A stretch of DNA of 64,000 nucleotides, taken from Octopus sinensis. Taxonomy: Eukaryota. This document shows, piece after piece, positions 51,576-64,000 of the stretch. Position numbers and translations under genes: made by a program. The stretch is from the NCBI RefSeq assembly GCF_006345805.1, contig NC_043000.1, positions 147,808,001-147,872,000 on the forward strand, written 5' to 3'. Within the stretch, counting starts at the first letter, position 1, and each line of letters begins with the position of its first letter. Under the pieces are notes generated by a model. It was not told the origin of the DNA. It was given only the letters and a program-made list of their open reading frames with translations, and searched no databases.

Positions 51576-51610
51576 GTTTCCGACGAAGAGCTCCGCTCGA
51601 AACGTTAAAC
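51576..51610 (+). ncRNA. Minimal hammerhead-like motif in a Penelope-type tail
   Basis: GTTT-CCGACGA-A-GAGC/TCC/GCTC-GAAAC-GTT-AAAC. Confidence 0.6.
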
Positions 51611-54600
51611 CCTCCTTCTTCCCTTCTTTCCTGAGCGTCCTCGCATTGTTGTGTTTTTTTGTGTTTTCTTGTTTGGATTAACTATATATATATACTTGAA
51701 CATATGCAGTGTGTGTGTATGTATGTATCTGTGTAAACCTCTGTGTTTGTAAACCAGTGTATCAAGTTGTGTCCCTTTATGTCAAATATGTATCTTAGCC
51801 GGTTGATTAATAAAGGTATATAAAATAAATACCAAACTAATATAAGTATTGGGAGTTGATATGATTGACTAAAACTGTTGAAGTTGGTACTCCTGTATGG
51901 ACTCAGAGAGAGTGAGAGAGAGAGAGAGAGATGGATGGATGGCTATATTACCTCACACATATGCACATGCACACTCACACATATATATATATGCATACTT
52001 ACTATGAGTGGGATAAATTTTGTTGTAATGTTTGTCCTTCCTCTTACTTACCACTCACCTGTGAATTAATTGCAGAACCTATTGGCAATCAAGCAAGAAA
52101 CATTGCTATGCATCTTATTGACTGTGCCAAAAGTTTGAACTTAAGACCTTGTGGTTAGCAGTCCACCACCTGAACCCCGCGGCTGTTTATACAATTGTGC
52201 TTGTAAACAGAATGCAGAATAATCATCCATGATTTTGATTTCCTTTTTGAAAAATTCTTTATTTTCAACTCTTACAATGGAAGCAAATATATAATTCATT
52301 ATGTGCAGTGTTGCACTAGTAATTTATGTGCAGTATCATGTGCAGGGCTCATGTTCCTGATAGATGTTGATCAAAATCAAAGTTCATGCATTGTAATAAC
52401 TACTGGGTGGGCAATTCCATCTGCCACAACTTTGCTAAATCAAGATAGATAGGACTCTTTTCTATAATTGCTTCTCTCTTTCTCAATTAAGTCAGACATT
52501 CATAAAACACACACACATTATATACAGGGCCTCAAATCAGTCATTGTAGAGCTTGTATCAAATGATTTTACTTCTGAAATGGGGTCATACTGTGCAGCCA
52601 GAGGTGGACTGCTGGGTTTGTATATTACTTTAACTTGAAATATGCTAATGGCTTTTAAAAAAAGGTACATTGACATTGAAAGCAAAATATTAATAGCTCT
52701 TCCTTCAGATTAATTGTAAAGAAATCACACAATTATATTTTATCTATAAAAAAAACCCCAAAAATTAAAAATGAATTTGTAATTTATAATTGGTTTCTTA
52801 ACTAACAAATGAAATGTTTCTGTTCTAGAAGATATTTAGATTTCATCTCAATGGAAATAATGTATTTCTTTGAAGGAAAGTTAATTCTGATGCCTACAAT
52901 CAAAATATTGAGAATATATAGTGTTGTTTGGGTTCTGTAATATACCATATAAATTTCCAGATTGCTTAGTTGGCAGAATACTAGAATACAATTTGCCAAT
53001 GCACTAAATTCTCAGAATCCCTGACCTCTTACTATAAATTGGTTCACAGAGAAATGTAACTCATAACTGTAGGCAGGAACATTGTAAAATTGAGGACTGA
53101 TTTGTTAGCTTGCTGTGTTTAATTTAGTTTCTTTTGGGGAGGAAATGAGCTTTGATAGACTGCATTCTCTTACAATTAATGTCTTTGGTGATGCTCTATG
53201 ACCGACTTTAGTCATTGGAATGCCTCTCTCTCTCTCTCTCTCTTGCCCAAGCTCAACACAAGGTTCTTTGTATATTACAAGTATTCACAAGTGTATTTAT
53301 GTGTGAATTTATAAATTAAATTTCTAAATTTTGTTTTGATTTAAAATTTTTGCCACTCATTTTCAATATTGGGTTTAATATAATAAATTACATTATTTAT
53401 TCCGTTCTAATATTTGTAACAACTTTGTTATGTTTATTTTGAAGGAAAAGATATAAAGCACAAACAAAATCAGTTTTGTCATCTACAATTCATATTCGCT
53501 ATTTTAAATACTACTTCATTTTTTTCCCCTTACTATGTTTCAAAAACATGACAACACCAGCACTCACTAATTTATCACAACATAAGCTTCTTTAACAATT
53601 AGAAACTTCACTTCCACCCTTATTGGTTACTATTACACATAGAGGTATCAGCATGTACAAGTTGCTCCAATGACACATCACAGTGCCTGCAAAAAGAGGA
53701 GAATCATATGCACTGGTATGAGCCAAAATTTTATTGCATAGTCTTCTCGAGTCTTTAGTATTCAGTTCTCTTCTGCATAAGTGTTGCTTTATAAACCCTC
53801 TTATTTTTTATGGAGAACTGTTTGGAGTAATGATGATGACAGCTTTTAAAATAGTAATCTTATACATTTTGCAGTAATAATGATACTAACTGGTTCCATT
53901 AGGACAATCTCAACAATATCCTAAATTAACTTTTTATGTCTTTTGTGTTTGCTCCCTTGAAATATGTCAAAACAAAAATATATCAAAAGTAAAAAAAAGT
54001 AAATGAAAAGTGGTATTGGTGCTAATGTCACTATGATTTTGGTCTGTTTAATGAAATTATTTTTAATTTATCTCATAAAATAACTAACTCAAAATGATTG
54101 CTGTATTTACTATTTTTGTTTGATAAAAATCTTTTTTAAATGTTTTAGTTTGATAAAAAAACATTTACTCTCTCTAACTATCTATACACACACACATATT
54201 TGTGTGTATGTATATATATGTGTGTATGTATGTATAAACACACACACATATAAATATATATAAAATTGGTGTTGCCCATGTAAAATTCCATGGAATGTTT
54301 TGTCTAATTGAATGCAAAACAAAGAAGAAAAAGAAAGCTTTCTTATAAATAGTACAAAAAATGCACATTTACTACTTGCATTTGACAAAAGACATTTCTA
54401 ACTATTCTTTAAAACTATTCTAAAAAAAATCAATATCTCCGAAGGATAATCTTTATTCTTTTATCAATATATTCCCTTCTCTTGATTTAATTTGGCTCTT
54501 TGATCTCTCTTCTTATTTATTATTTTTATTTTATAATCATACTTTTCTTTTACCTTCAGCCACAGTGTTCACTTTTGTAACTATACTACAATACCTATGT

Positions 54601-56696
54601 CTCTGATACCTGCCTTTACCCCTTACTAGTGGTGACTCATCACTGGTGTTCTTTTTCCTTTATCATCATCACCATCATCAACAGCAAGCTGGTAGACCGA
54701 CAGACAGACATGCCAGAGTGCTGGACTAAATGCCTTGCAATATCTAGTTTCATCTGCCTATGTTCTGAGTTCAAATGCTGCTGAAGATGATGTTTTATTT
54801 TTTGTTTTTTATTTTGCCTTTCATCCCTCCAGTGTTGATGAAATAAGTACCAGTCATATACTAGGTCGATTTAATCAACTATGATCCCTCCCTTAAAATA
54901 TCTGTGGCTATGTGCCAAAATGAGAAATCATTGTCATTATCTTGATGTTTTGAGAAGTACTCATCTCACAAGAACTGATAGCCAATTGGGTAAGGTAACT
55001 GGACACTACTTAGTCTCTGGTATCAAAAGTTCAATCCCATTACAAGCAATGCAATGTATTCTTGAGCAAAACACTTCCTTCTACTTGCCAAAGTTACCAT
55101 AACTAATTAATAACTCCTGATGACTATATCATCACTATCACAATCGACAATTACTATTATAATTCATTACCATTATTATCATCATCATCATCATCATTGT
55201 CGTCATCATTATGATCCTCATTGACACACAATTAAGTGTTGAACATCTGATTCCTGGCCAACATATTTGTATCCCACTATGGGCATTGTATCGGTGTTTA
55301 TACAGAGTACCTGATTGCTTATGTCTAAGGTATCACATCTTCATTATCATAATCATCATCACTATGATCATGAAAATGATACTTAAAAGAAACCCTTTAT
55401 AAACACCAATCTTTTCTTCATTGAGTGAAAGCTTAAAAGACAAATTTAAATACTAGTAATGATAAGGAGGATGGTAATGATGACTACAATAAAAATTTAT
55501 AAAAATGTCTGTATACGAGTAATTAATTTAACTATTTTTTTTGTCATGTTAACTAAAAACTCATTTTGTTTTTCAAATTGTAAAATATTTATATTATTTA
55601 TATCAATTTAGTAGCAAGAAAATAGCTGCTGGTGTGATCCTGTTTTTTTATTTTTTGTTTACTTGTTGTTGCTCTGTGTGTGTGTGCGTGTGTATTTTTT
55701 AACTTTTAAAATATTTTATTAATTTTACTATTTACTGTAAAAAGAAAAAGAACATTTCTAAAACCAAAATCCAAATGATCCTTCATCTGACTTGATATTT
55801 TGATTCCCTTATTTTTTTTTTTTTTTCTCTTGTCCTTTTTGCATCAGTTTGGAAAATATCATTTTCTTAAAACTATGTACTTATAAATAATAAATAAAAA
55901 TAAACATTTTGTTATTGTATGAATTTTAAATGAGGTTTTATTTACTTAACATTTTTTGTCAGTATTTGTAGTTTTTTAATCTGAAAATATTTTAATCTCA
56001 AAATATAGTAGACCCACTTAGAACAACTGAAGTGAGATCCTAAAACTATGGTACCATGTAAAAAAGCATTGGTGTGACTGCTGATGCCATGTAAAAAGCA
56101 CCTAGTACACTCTGTAAAGTGGTTGGCATTAGGAAGGGCAACCAGCTGTAGAAACCATGCCAAAACAGACCATGGAATCTGGTGGGACCCCTGGTTTTTC
56201 CAGTTCCTGTCAAGACATCCAGCCTGTACTGGCATAGAAAATGGACATTTGATGTTAATCAGAATAATTCATGCCAGAGCTACATAGAATTGTCCTTCCA
56301 GAAATAGATCAGTAAGAAAGAACAAGCTGTGTCACTCAATGATTGATATCAAGATTCATTGACTATCATTGCAAAAGCCACTCAAACTGGAAATTGTGAT
56401 CAGGTAAGAATGATCAACAGATTTGTGTCACAATTTCCCAGTTTCATTCTCGGCACAATGACGTTTTCCATACTGTTCATCAGTTCTTACTATGCTGCTT
56501 TCAATTATGTGTTCATGTAAATGGGTTGTTTGAATTCTTGTTTTATTACAACATCCAATGCCTTGCAATATCTAGTTTCATCTGCCTATGTTCTGAGTTC
56601 AAATGCTGCTGAAGATGATGTTTTATTTTTTGTTTTTTATTTTGCCCTTCATCCTTCCAGTGTTGATGAAATAACCACTACGTCATATGCCCATGG

Positions 56697-56950
56697 GAAT
56701 ATGGTGTAGTGGTTAAGAGTGCGGGCTACTAACCCCAAGATTCCGAGTTCGATTCCAGGCAGTGACCTGAATAATAATAACAATAATAACAACAATAATA
56801 ATAATATCGCAAAATACCATAAGAATGAGAACCCAGGTTCGAAATTTCCTCAAGGCACCTGATGAAGACTTGAGGGTATATCAGCCGAAACGTGTTAACA
56901 AACAAGATGAGGACAAATATCTGTCAATTGTAAATAATGTAAATAATGTA
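56697..56950 (+). mobile_element. tRNA-headed SINE family E with hammerhead-like tail
   Basis: A box TGGTGTAGTGG, B box GTTCGATTCC, (AAT)n spacer, CTGATGA...GAAAC at 56859-56891, (TAAATAATG)n end. Confidence 0.75.
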
Positions 56951-57365
56951 TCCATTATCCTTATTTAAATTTCATAACAGCTAAGGTCAAAATATGACTA
57001 AGGATGGGGTGGTGGTGGTGGTGGGGCACTATCAAAGTTACAGCTGTATAGGGATTCCATTGAATAACATTGTATAGACTGAGTTCATCAAATGCAAAAA
57101 TCAAAGACTTTTGTAAATGGTTGTTTCTTCAACAAAAATATTAATAATTTCCTCATTAATAAAATCATCAACATTGGTAAGGATAATATTGCTTACTCTA
57201 TGAGGTTTTGTTGACCAGATCCAATGATATGTTAAAACCTTGACTTGTCATTTCTATACAATCTCAACATTATTTAGAAGCTCTATCTTGCCATTACTAT
57301 CCACTTGTTCCTTTCCTTCACCAACAAAAAGCTGAAAATTAGCTTAATGGTGGTCCTCTTAATGA

Positions 57366-57572
57366 AAGGCGGTGAGCTGGCAGAATCATTAGCATGCCGG
57401 GTGAAATGCGTAGCCGTATTTTGTTCTGAGTTCAAATTCCGCCGAGGTCGACTTTGCCTTTCATCCATTCAGGGTCGATACATTAAGTACCATTTACGCA
57501 CTGGGGTTGATATAATCGACTTAATCCGTTTGTCCTCTCTGTGTTTAGCCCCTTGTGGGTAGTAAAGAAATA
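57366..57572 (+). mobile_element. SINE family B
   Basis: 15-bp TSD GGTGGTCCTCTTAAT (57349-57363 / 57573-57587). Confidence 0.9.
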
Positions 57573-57622
57573 GGTGGTCCTCTTAATTTAGTAATTGCAT
57601 ATTCATAATAAGTTTTATTATT

Positions 57623-57784
57623 CCGTGGTGTGCTCCTGTGATCTAGCTACTTGGAGGCTTGGTTGTTTGGCCAGTTTGAGGATGGGAGTCCTGGTAGTTG
57701 GTCTTCTATGGCAATTGGGTGTCCACGCTAAGCTCGGCATCAATATGGTACTGGCGAGGGAGCTTGTCAGAACCAGGTTGTCTA
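57623..57784 (+). pseudogene. 7SL (SRP) RNA pseudogene, 3'-truncated
   Basis: Colinear with the 5' ~60% of metazoan 7SL: cctgtgatctagctacttggaggct (Alu domain), gggtgtccacgctaagctcggcatcaatatggt, accaggttgtcta. The helix-8/3' part is absent. Confidence 0.85.
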
Positions 57785-57927
57785 TTCTCCTCCAAAGTGA
57801 AGAATGAGTTCTCATTTGTTCACCTTAGCTGCTCCACTAATTTTTTAAAGATGAGAAGCACTTTTTGAAAATTGTCTCGAAATACTATGATCTTGCCATC
57901 AAAAAGTTAACAATTTTGCAACAGATG

Positions 57928-58046
57928 GCTTACGGCCATATCACGTTGAAAGCACCGGTTCTCGTCTGATCACCGAAGTTAAGCAACATCGAGCCTAGTT
58001 AGTACTTAGATGGGTGACCGCTTGGGAAACCTAGGTGCTATAAGCA
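57928..58046 (+). rRNA. 5S rRNA-derived copy (probably a retropseudogene)
   Basis: 119 nt GCTTACGGCCATATCACG...GAAGTTAAGC...GTTAGTACTT.GATGGGTGACCG...TAAGCA. Internal A/C boxes present, several transitions, no oligo-T terminator. Confidence 0.92.
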
Positions 58047-58835
58047 TTCCATTACTTAAATGGCAGTGCCCCAGCATGGCCACAACTCATGAGCTGAAAC
58101 TAGATAAAGATAAAGATAAAGATCACAAAGTGTGCAGTCATTTGCTTAATATACCTACTTTAATATTTGTGGGGCTTCATTCCAACACATAAAACCAAAG
58201 TCTCAAATCATTTTTGTCAGTTTGCTGTTAACATCAATGTTGCAAACAAAACCCCTGTCAATGAAAGTGGAATATGGAAATTTGGATGAGCTGTAGAAGA
58301 ACTTTGGTAGAACAGTGCACTCACTTAGTGCAAGAGAGAGAACTGGTTGGTCTAAATATGCTACTAACTATTCAATAAAATGTTTGATAGAAATATGCCT
58401 TTCTGGAGCTACCAAAACCAGCAACAAAGGAAAAAAGATTTTGAACTTGGATTGTTACTGTATGGGACATCCATTAGTATGTTGCTGCTCTTATTCAATA
58501 TATCTTTTGAATGTTTGCTTCTGCTCCAAGTAGGTTGTGTTGCTAATGTATGTATGTAGGTAATTCCAAAATTTCTAATTCATTTGGTACAGACGTCTAA
58601 GGGATGAACTGTTAAATAGAAGTTCCATTTTGGAGATAAGATGTTTGCAGTCAGTGATAACAACCCTCTTTAATTGTTTATCATCAATGTAAGGATGCTG
58701 CAAGTGATGGTCTACTTTAGATAACTTACGATTTTGAAAGGGTTTCAGTTGACCTGAGACTTCATAAAACAATATCAAAATAAACAGATCTTGAACGTGA
58801 GGTGCAGAATAGATTTCAGATTTAAGGTACTATTT

Positions 58836-59060
58836 AAGGCAGTGAGCTGGCAGAAACGTTAGCAGGTCGGGCGAAATGCTTAGCAGTATTTCGTTTGCTG
58901 CTACATTCTGAGTTCAAATTCCGCCGAGGTTGACTTTGCCTTTCATCCTTTGGGGGTTGATAAATTAAGTACCAGTTACGCACTGGGGTCGATATAATCA
59001 ACTTAATCTGTTTGTCTGTCCCCTCTGTGTGTAGCCCCTTGTGGGCTGTAAAGAAATATG
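58836..59060 (+). mobile_element. SINE family B
   Basis: 8-bp TSD GTACTATT. Confidence 0.9.
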
Positions 59061-59444
59061 TACTATTAATATTTTCATCAAATGCCATAAACTGCTTGAA
59101 GTTTCCCAAGTTTTCAGTTACTTAGTGTGCAGTAAAAGCATATACAAATACTATTTTCAAGAATCTTCAGCTCACACAAAATGTTGACAATCTTCATTTT
59201 CTCTTGAGTTCTGTGACACAAATTTCATGTTTTAAAGTGTGCTAAATTAATGTCCTAAATTAATGTCTTCCATCACAATTTTATGTTAATTTGTTTTAAG
59301 TACCAGCTTGCTAATGACAGTTATTTTACTAAATTCTTCATTTAAAAGTGAAGTGAAACAAAGGTAGCTAAACTGTTAATATGCATCTGTTGCTTTAGTA
59401 TGCATAGGGGTTGTCAAATTGCTACCCTTTTATATTCGCCTTAA

Positions 59445-59664
59445 CCCTTTCATTACTGTATTTATTTTGAGATACTGTGTGTTTCTTTCAATTACTTTAG
59501 ATATAACAAAGAATTTAGTAAACTAACTTAGTTATCATTCAGCTAGTGTTAGGAACATAAATTGTGACTAATGTTTGGTGGAAGATTTTAATTCAAAACT
59601 TATGAAAACAAAACATTTGTACTCAGAGCCAGAGCCGGTTTCAGCCGGATTGGTAACAAAAGGG
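59445..59664. mobile_element. piggyBac-type MITE, family 2
   Basis: TTAA|CCCTTT ... AAAGGG|TTAA; homologous to 50693-50904. Confidence 0.8.
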
Positions 59665-60699
59665 TTAAAGAATATAAGAAATAAACAAATATAATGACAG
59701 TATTTGTCATAGGATTTCTAGGAGACAAATACAAGGTTGTAATATTTCTAAAGGAATATTTCACTTCACACAGTGTAAATTTGCTGGTAAATAGCAAATT
59801 TACTGTGGTATTCGTCCAACAGGTGAGAATGCCAGATGTGTATTTCTGCCTCATTGAGCTTTTTTAGTAGCACATTCTTACATTCAACTGCATGCTAAGA
59901 CAAAATCCATTGTTACTGATATAGGAGAACAGTGATTGAACAGTCACTGTGCAGCAATTAACTATGTAGTAGAATAAAAAGCTGTTATATACATCAAAGG
60001 CAGTATTAGATTAAAATAGACATCCATGTATCATACTTAATATAAGTATATTGCAAAACAGCAAATTTAGTATGGTATTCCTCCAGAGATAGTATGTCTT
60101 ATGAACATACTGTGTATAAAAACATTTGCATATTAGGAATTTTCACTCCAATAATGACACAGGAAAATTTCCTAGGGATACTTTCTGTATGAAGAACATA
60201 TAGTTAAGCGCTTAATGACATGCTTAATGTAATGAACTAAAAAGAATTGTTAATCTATTAAAACTATATCTGCAATGAGAATAAAAGTCTATTTACATAT
60301 TTCATTGACATTGCTTGCTTTGTCAATAAATGGATGAAAGTCAAATTTGACCTTTAGCAGAACTTGAACTCAGAACAAAGTGATAAAATAAATCTTAATA
60401 CTTTAAGCGATTTAATGTAGTGTTTTCAGTTAATCTCCAATTAGTCATCCTTCTGACCCAACATGGGAATCTCTGTATAACCACTTGATCTGCTAGAAAT
60501 AACAGCCAAACCTTTTTCAAATCACCCTGGCATCTTGACAAAAAACAAAAAAAAGACATAGTAGGCAATATAGTTCTAAATAAATAAATTAAAAAATTAA
60601 ACTGGATGGTCACAGCTGGAATGCTCAAACTGAGCTGACCTGGGTCTATACAAGAACTAGCCACTTTAGAAATAATATACCGAAGATTATTAATCATTA

Positions 60700-61090
60700 C
60701 AAGGTCCAGTTCTTGTTGCAGTGTGGTGGGTTATGTGTTTTGATGACTCTGAGAGCCAATCCGGTGGAGTGCAAGCTCATGATAGGGCCTTCCATGTTGG
60801 ATAGGTTAAAGAATAGAGTCCAGACCGATAAGGTAAAAATAGGCTTTTTATATAGAAAAAAAGCAAAGTTATAGAAATTCCAATGACAGTTCAGAACTAA
60901 TGATCCTTGGGAGAGGAAGGCCTTCCCTCAGGGGAACATATGTGTTGTAGTGTAATCTGAAAGGAAGAGCTGTAAAAGCAGGGATCCAACTGAAGAGACG
61001 CAGAAAAGACAGACTGGAGTTGAGAGCAGTGAAGAAAATTCATTGATGGTTTATGCTCCATGGAGAGTGATAAGGCTTAAGTAAGTAAAG
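60700..61090 (+). mobile_element. Decayed RTE-1-like LINE 3' end
   Basis: GRGRP... and RKFIDGLCSMESDKA* followed by a taagtaagtaa tail. Confidence 0.6.
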
Positions 61091-61107
61091 AACAAAAACA
61101 AGACATA

Positions 61108-61506
61108 GGCGCAGGAGTGGCTGTGTGGTAAGTAGCTTGCTTACCAACCACATGGTTCCGGGTTCAGTCCCACTGTGTGGCATCTTGGGCAAGTGTCTTC
61201 TGCTATAGCCCCGGGCCGACCAATGCCTTGTGAGTGGATTTGGTAGACGGAAACTGAAAGAAGCCTGTCGTATATATGTATATATATACTTATGTGTGTA
61301 TGTGTGTGTGTTTGTGTTTGTCGCCCTAGCATTGCTTGACAACCGATGCTGGTGTGTTTACGTCCCCATCACTTAGCAGTTCGGCAAAAGAGACCGATAG
61401 AATAAGTACTGGGCTTACAAAGAATAAGTCCCGGGGTCGATTTGCTCGACTAAAGGCGGTGCTCCAGCATGTCCGCACTCAAATGACTGAAACAAGTAAA
61501 AGAGTA
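61108..61506 (+). mobile_element. SINE family A
   Basis: Homologous to 3483-3888. Confidence 0.9.
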
Positions 61507-63589
61507 TACAAAAAGACAATAACGAATTTGTTAAAATAACTGATTTATTTCTTTAATTCAATTTCAATAAGAATATAATAAAGTATTAAAGTGGGTTTTA
61601 GAGAAATAGAGAGAGAGAGAGAGAGAGAGAATGGATCTAACATTTTAATTTTTTTTTTTTTACTTTCTGTATCTTCTTTTTTTTTCTCTTTTTGATATGT
61701 ATATGATAGATCCATTTTACAGAAAAATGAAGGATCTGAGAAATTGAAAGGAGGGATTAATCCGTTGAAATGAAGATGAGTAACAGTAAATACACAAAAT
61801 GTAAAAGAATATTTGAGTAGAAAATAAGTTTAAAAAAACAATAAAAAACATCGGTAATGGTAGAAAACATAGATGATGGTTGTGACTTTAGAAATGGTAC
61901 AAAATATAAATAATTGTGGGCTTGACCAAGATAATGATTAAATGCATAAAAAAATGGTAGTAAAAAAAGGAAACAATGTTTGTGACTCTAGCAATGATAG
62001 AATACATAAAACTTGAGGTCATTACCCTTAAGATGGTAGAAACGGTTCAAGAAAATGGTGGCCATGGTAATCCATAGTACAGACTGGCTGGAGACATGCA
62101 GACTTCAAAGGTCATGACCAAAATAATGATTTGGACAGCCAACAATTGATAATAAAATAACACTAGTCAGAATTTTTAAATATCTAAGAAACAAAATAAA
62201 TATATGAAAGAAAAATCATACAAAATGGCGGTGCCCCAGCATGGCCACAGCTCGTGAGCTGAAACTGGATAAAATAAAAATAAAAAATATACCATAATGA
62301 CAATAATAGTAATAACATAAAAAAGTTTGTTATCACATTAGCAGCAATATATATATAGAAAGAAGAAACAAACTGTCCATAATAGCTTTGTTGTTGTTAT
62401 TATTATTATTATTATTACTATTATTATTATTAGCAGTAGCAGCAGCATTCTGCCATGTTTCTTAGTGATAGTGTATTAGCAAAAACATGTTTCCAGGTCT
62501 TCATTTAACTGCAATTAAGACATTTAAGACAGAAGAAAAAAGTTGCTTTCTTTTTTCTTGTTTTTTTTTTTGGCTCATTTTTTCTCCCCCTGTTGTAATA
62601 AGTATGTGATATTGCAAGTGAGATATTGCTAGTATCAATCATCTCAACCAACAATAATAGCTTTGAACATGACAATATTGTAGCAACTATTTGAGACAAA
62701 GGGAAATGATAAACCATAATGGAAAAATGAAAATAAGGAAGATTGAAATCTATTGAACAAATTGTGTGCCTGTGGATGGATATATATCTACACACACATA
62801 TTTATATGTACAAACACATACACAAAAATATTCACAAGCACACACATATATATCAACATTTTAACGTCCACTTTTTCATGCTTGAATGAATCAGACTACC
62901 CATGGCCAGATGGTCCTCCTCCTAAACCCAAAGCCACCACCTATTTCTGAGTAAGGTAATATTTCTCCTTAGCAAAACATGTTTCCCTGAAAGACTAGAA
63001 ATAAATGTATTGTATGACATTGATGCTTGCCCACAACTATTACACAATATCAAAACAAGGAGACACATACACAGAAATATATATATAACAAGCTATGCGT
63101 AGCTGAACACATGGAAATCCTGAAAAACCTACATGTACCAGGGACCATACTGAACTCCAGAACAGAGATTTTTGGGCCATGCTTGCATTTCAGGAGATTC
63201 CTGTTAGCGATTTGAGAACCGCATAATGGTAATGATAGTGGCATGAGTGGTAATTACACCACAGCTGGAAACTGATTGCTGATGTGAGTAGGAGATAACC
63301 CCCTCATAGCCGACAGGTGGCATATCTGAAGGAGGACGACACAGCTGGAAATCAATGACCAGCACCAAAGGGAGATAATCTCCAATGTTTATATCTGTAT
63401 CGTTTTCTCCTTCATATTTTAAAGAGGTCATAGGCCATCATGTCTTAGGGTCTGAAGATATGCCATAAAAGTACCCTTTATGGTGAGGAACTCAGGGTAA
63501 CCCTATAAACTGGCCTTCACCAGTAATGAATATAGACTGCTCTACTTCTTGGAGTGTGCTTCTTTGGATTTATGTTTTTCTAAAAAAAC

Positions 63590-63645
<56 letters not shown>

Positions 63646-64000
63646 GCCATGATAGATCAGTAGCCACTACACACATTTTTTTCTCTCCTTGTTTCTTTCT
63701 GTGGAAGAGCATAGGCTCAAAACGTAAAAGACTTTTTCAATTCCTGAGCATTATACTAATGCATCTGTTTGTTTTGTACACCACCTGTCTTTGTCTTTTG
63801 TTTTTTCGTGAATTCTCCCCTTGTATATATATATATACACATACACACTCAAGTGAGCACATAAGTGCAAAACAAGGTGGAAAAAATAGTACTTGAATAC
63901 CAAAGGCAGAGTAATATACTTTTTATTCAAGCTGCAAAATTATCACAGAACTATTATTCAGAGTATCACGTTCCTCTTTGTTGGATGATAATTTTGTGGC

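Noticed and set aside
56700-56766. Possible tRNA-Ser(ACT) gene
   Set aside because: Acceptor and anticodon stems do not pair; it is a SINE head.
58165-58778. Minus-strand frame with only about 6 stops in about 205 codons (possible decayed gene)
   Set aside because: Mild stop depletion that is not significant after scanning six frames of 64 kb; no recognisable motif.
10230-60420. Apparent plus-strand bias of family-B SINEs (roughly 16 vs 4)
   Set aside because: Counts are by eye, include very degenerate copies, and five belong to one cluster, so they are not independent.
63204-63548. 75-aa minus-strand ORF extendable through two stops
   Set aside because: No recognisable domain or splice signals; probably an old TE fragment.

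Overview
AT-rich, microsatellite-laden animal genomic DNA, most likely an octopus. That assignment is an inference from the SINE families and a 5S copy that starts GCTTAC and ends AAGCA. The main feature is the 3' part of an STK11IP (LIP1) orthologue on the + strand: 11 phase-consistent GT-AG exons from 1718 to the TGA at 38623, about 873 codons, with the N-terminal LRR exons upstream of the window. The rest is mostly repeats: several tRNA-derived SINE families, RTE and R4/Dong LINE fragments, a decayed Gypsy piece, a Tc1/mariner deletion derivative, piggyBac- and hAT-type MITEs, and Helitron/HINE-like elements. It also holds decayed copies of tRNA-Glu, 5S and 7SL RNA. The most striking unexplained signal is a set of type I hammerhead-ribozyme motifs in at least four unrelated small elements. 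These include a ~364-nt retrozyme-like monomer present as two circularly permuted copies inside STK11IP introns, with a compensatory change in helix II, and a perfect 82-bp-arm palindrome carrying a hammerhead on each strand. Also notable are small-RNA/LINE-tail chimeras and a candidate nested antisense 61-aa membrane microprotein gene. All alignments and folds were done by eye, no database was searched, and repeat boundaries are approximate.
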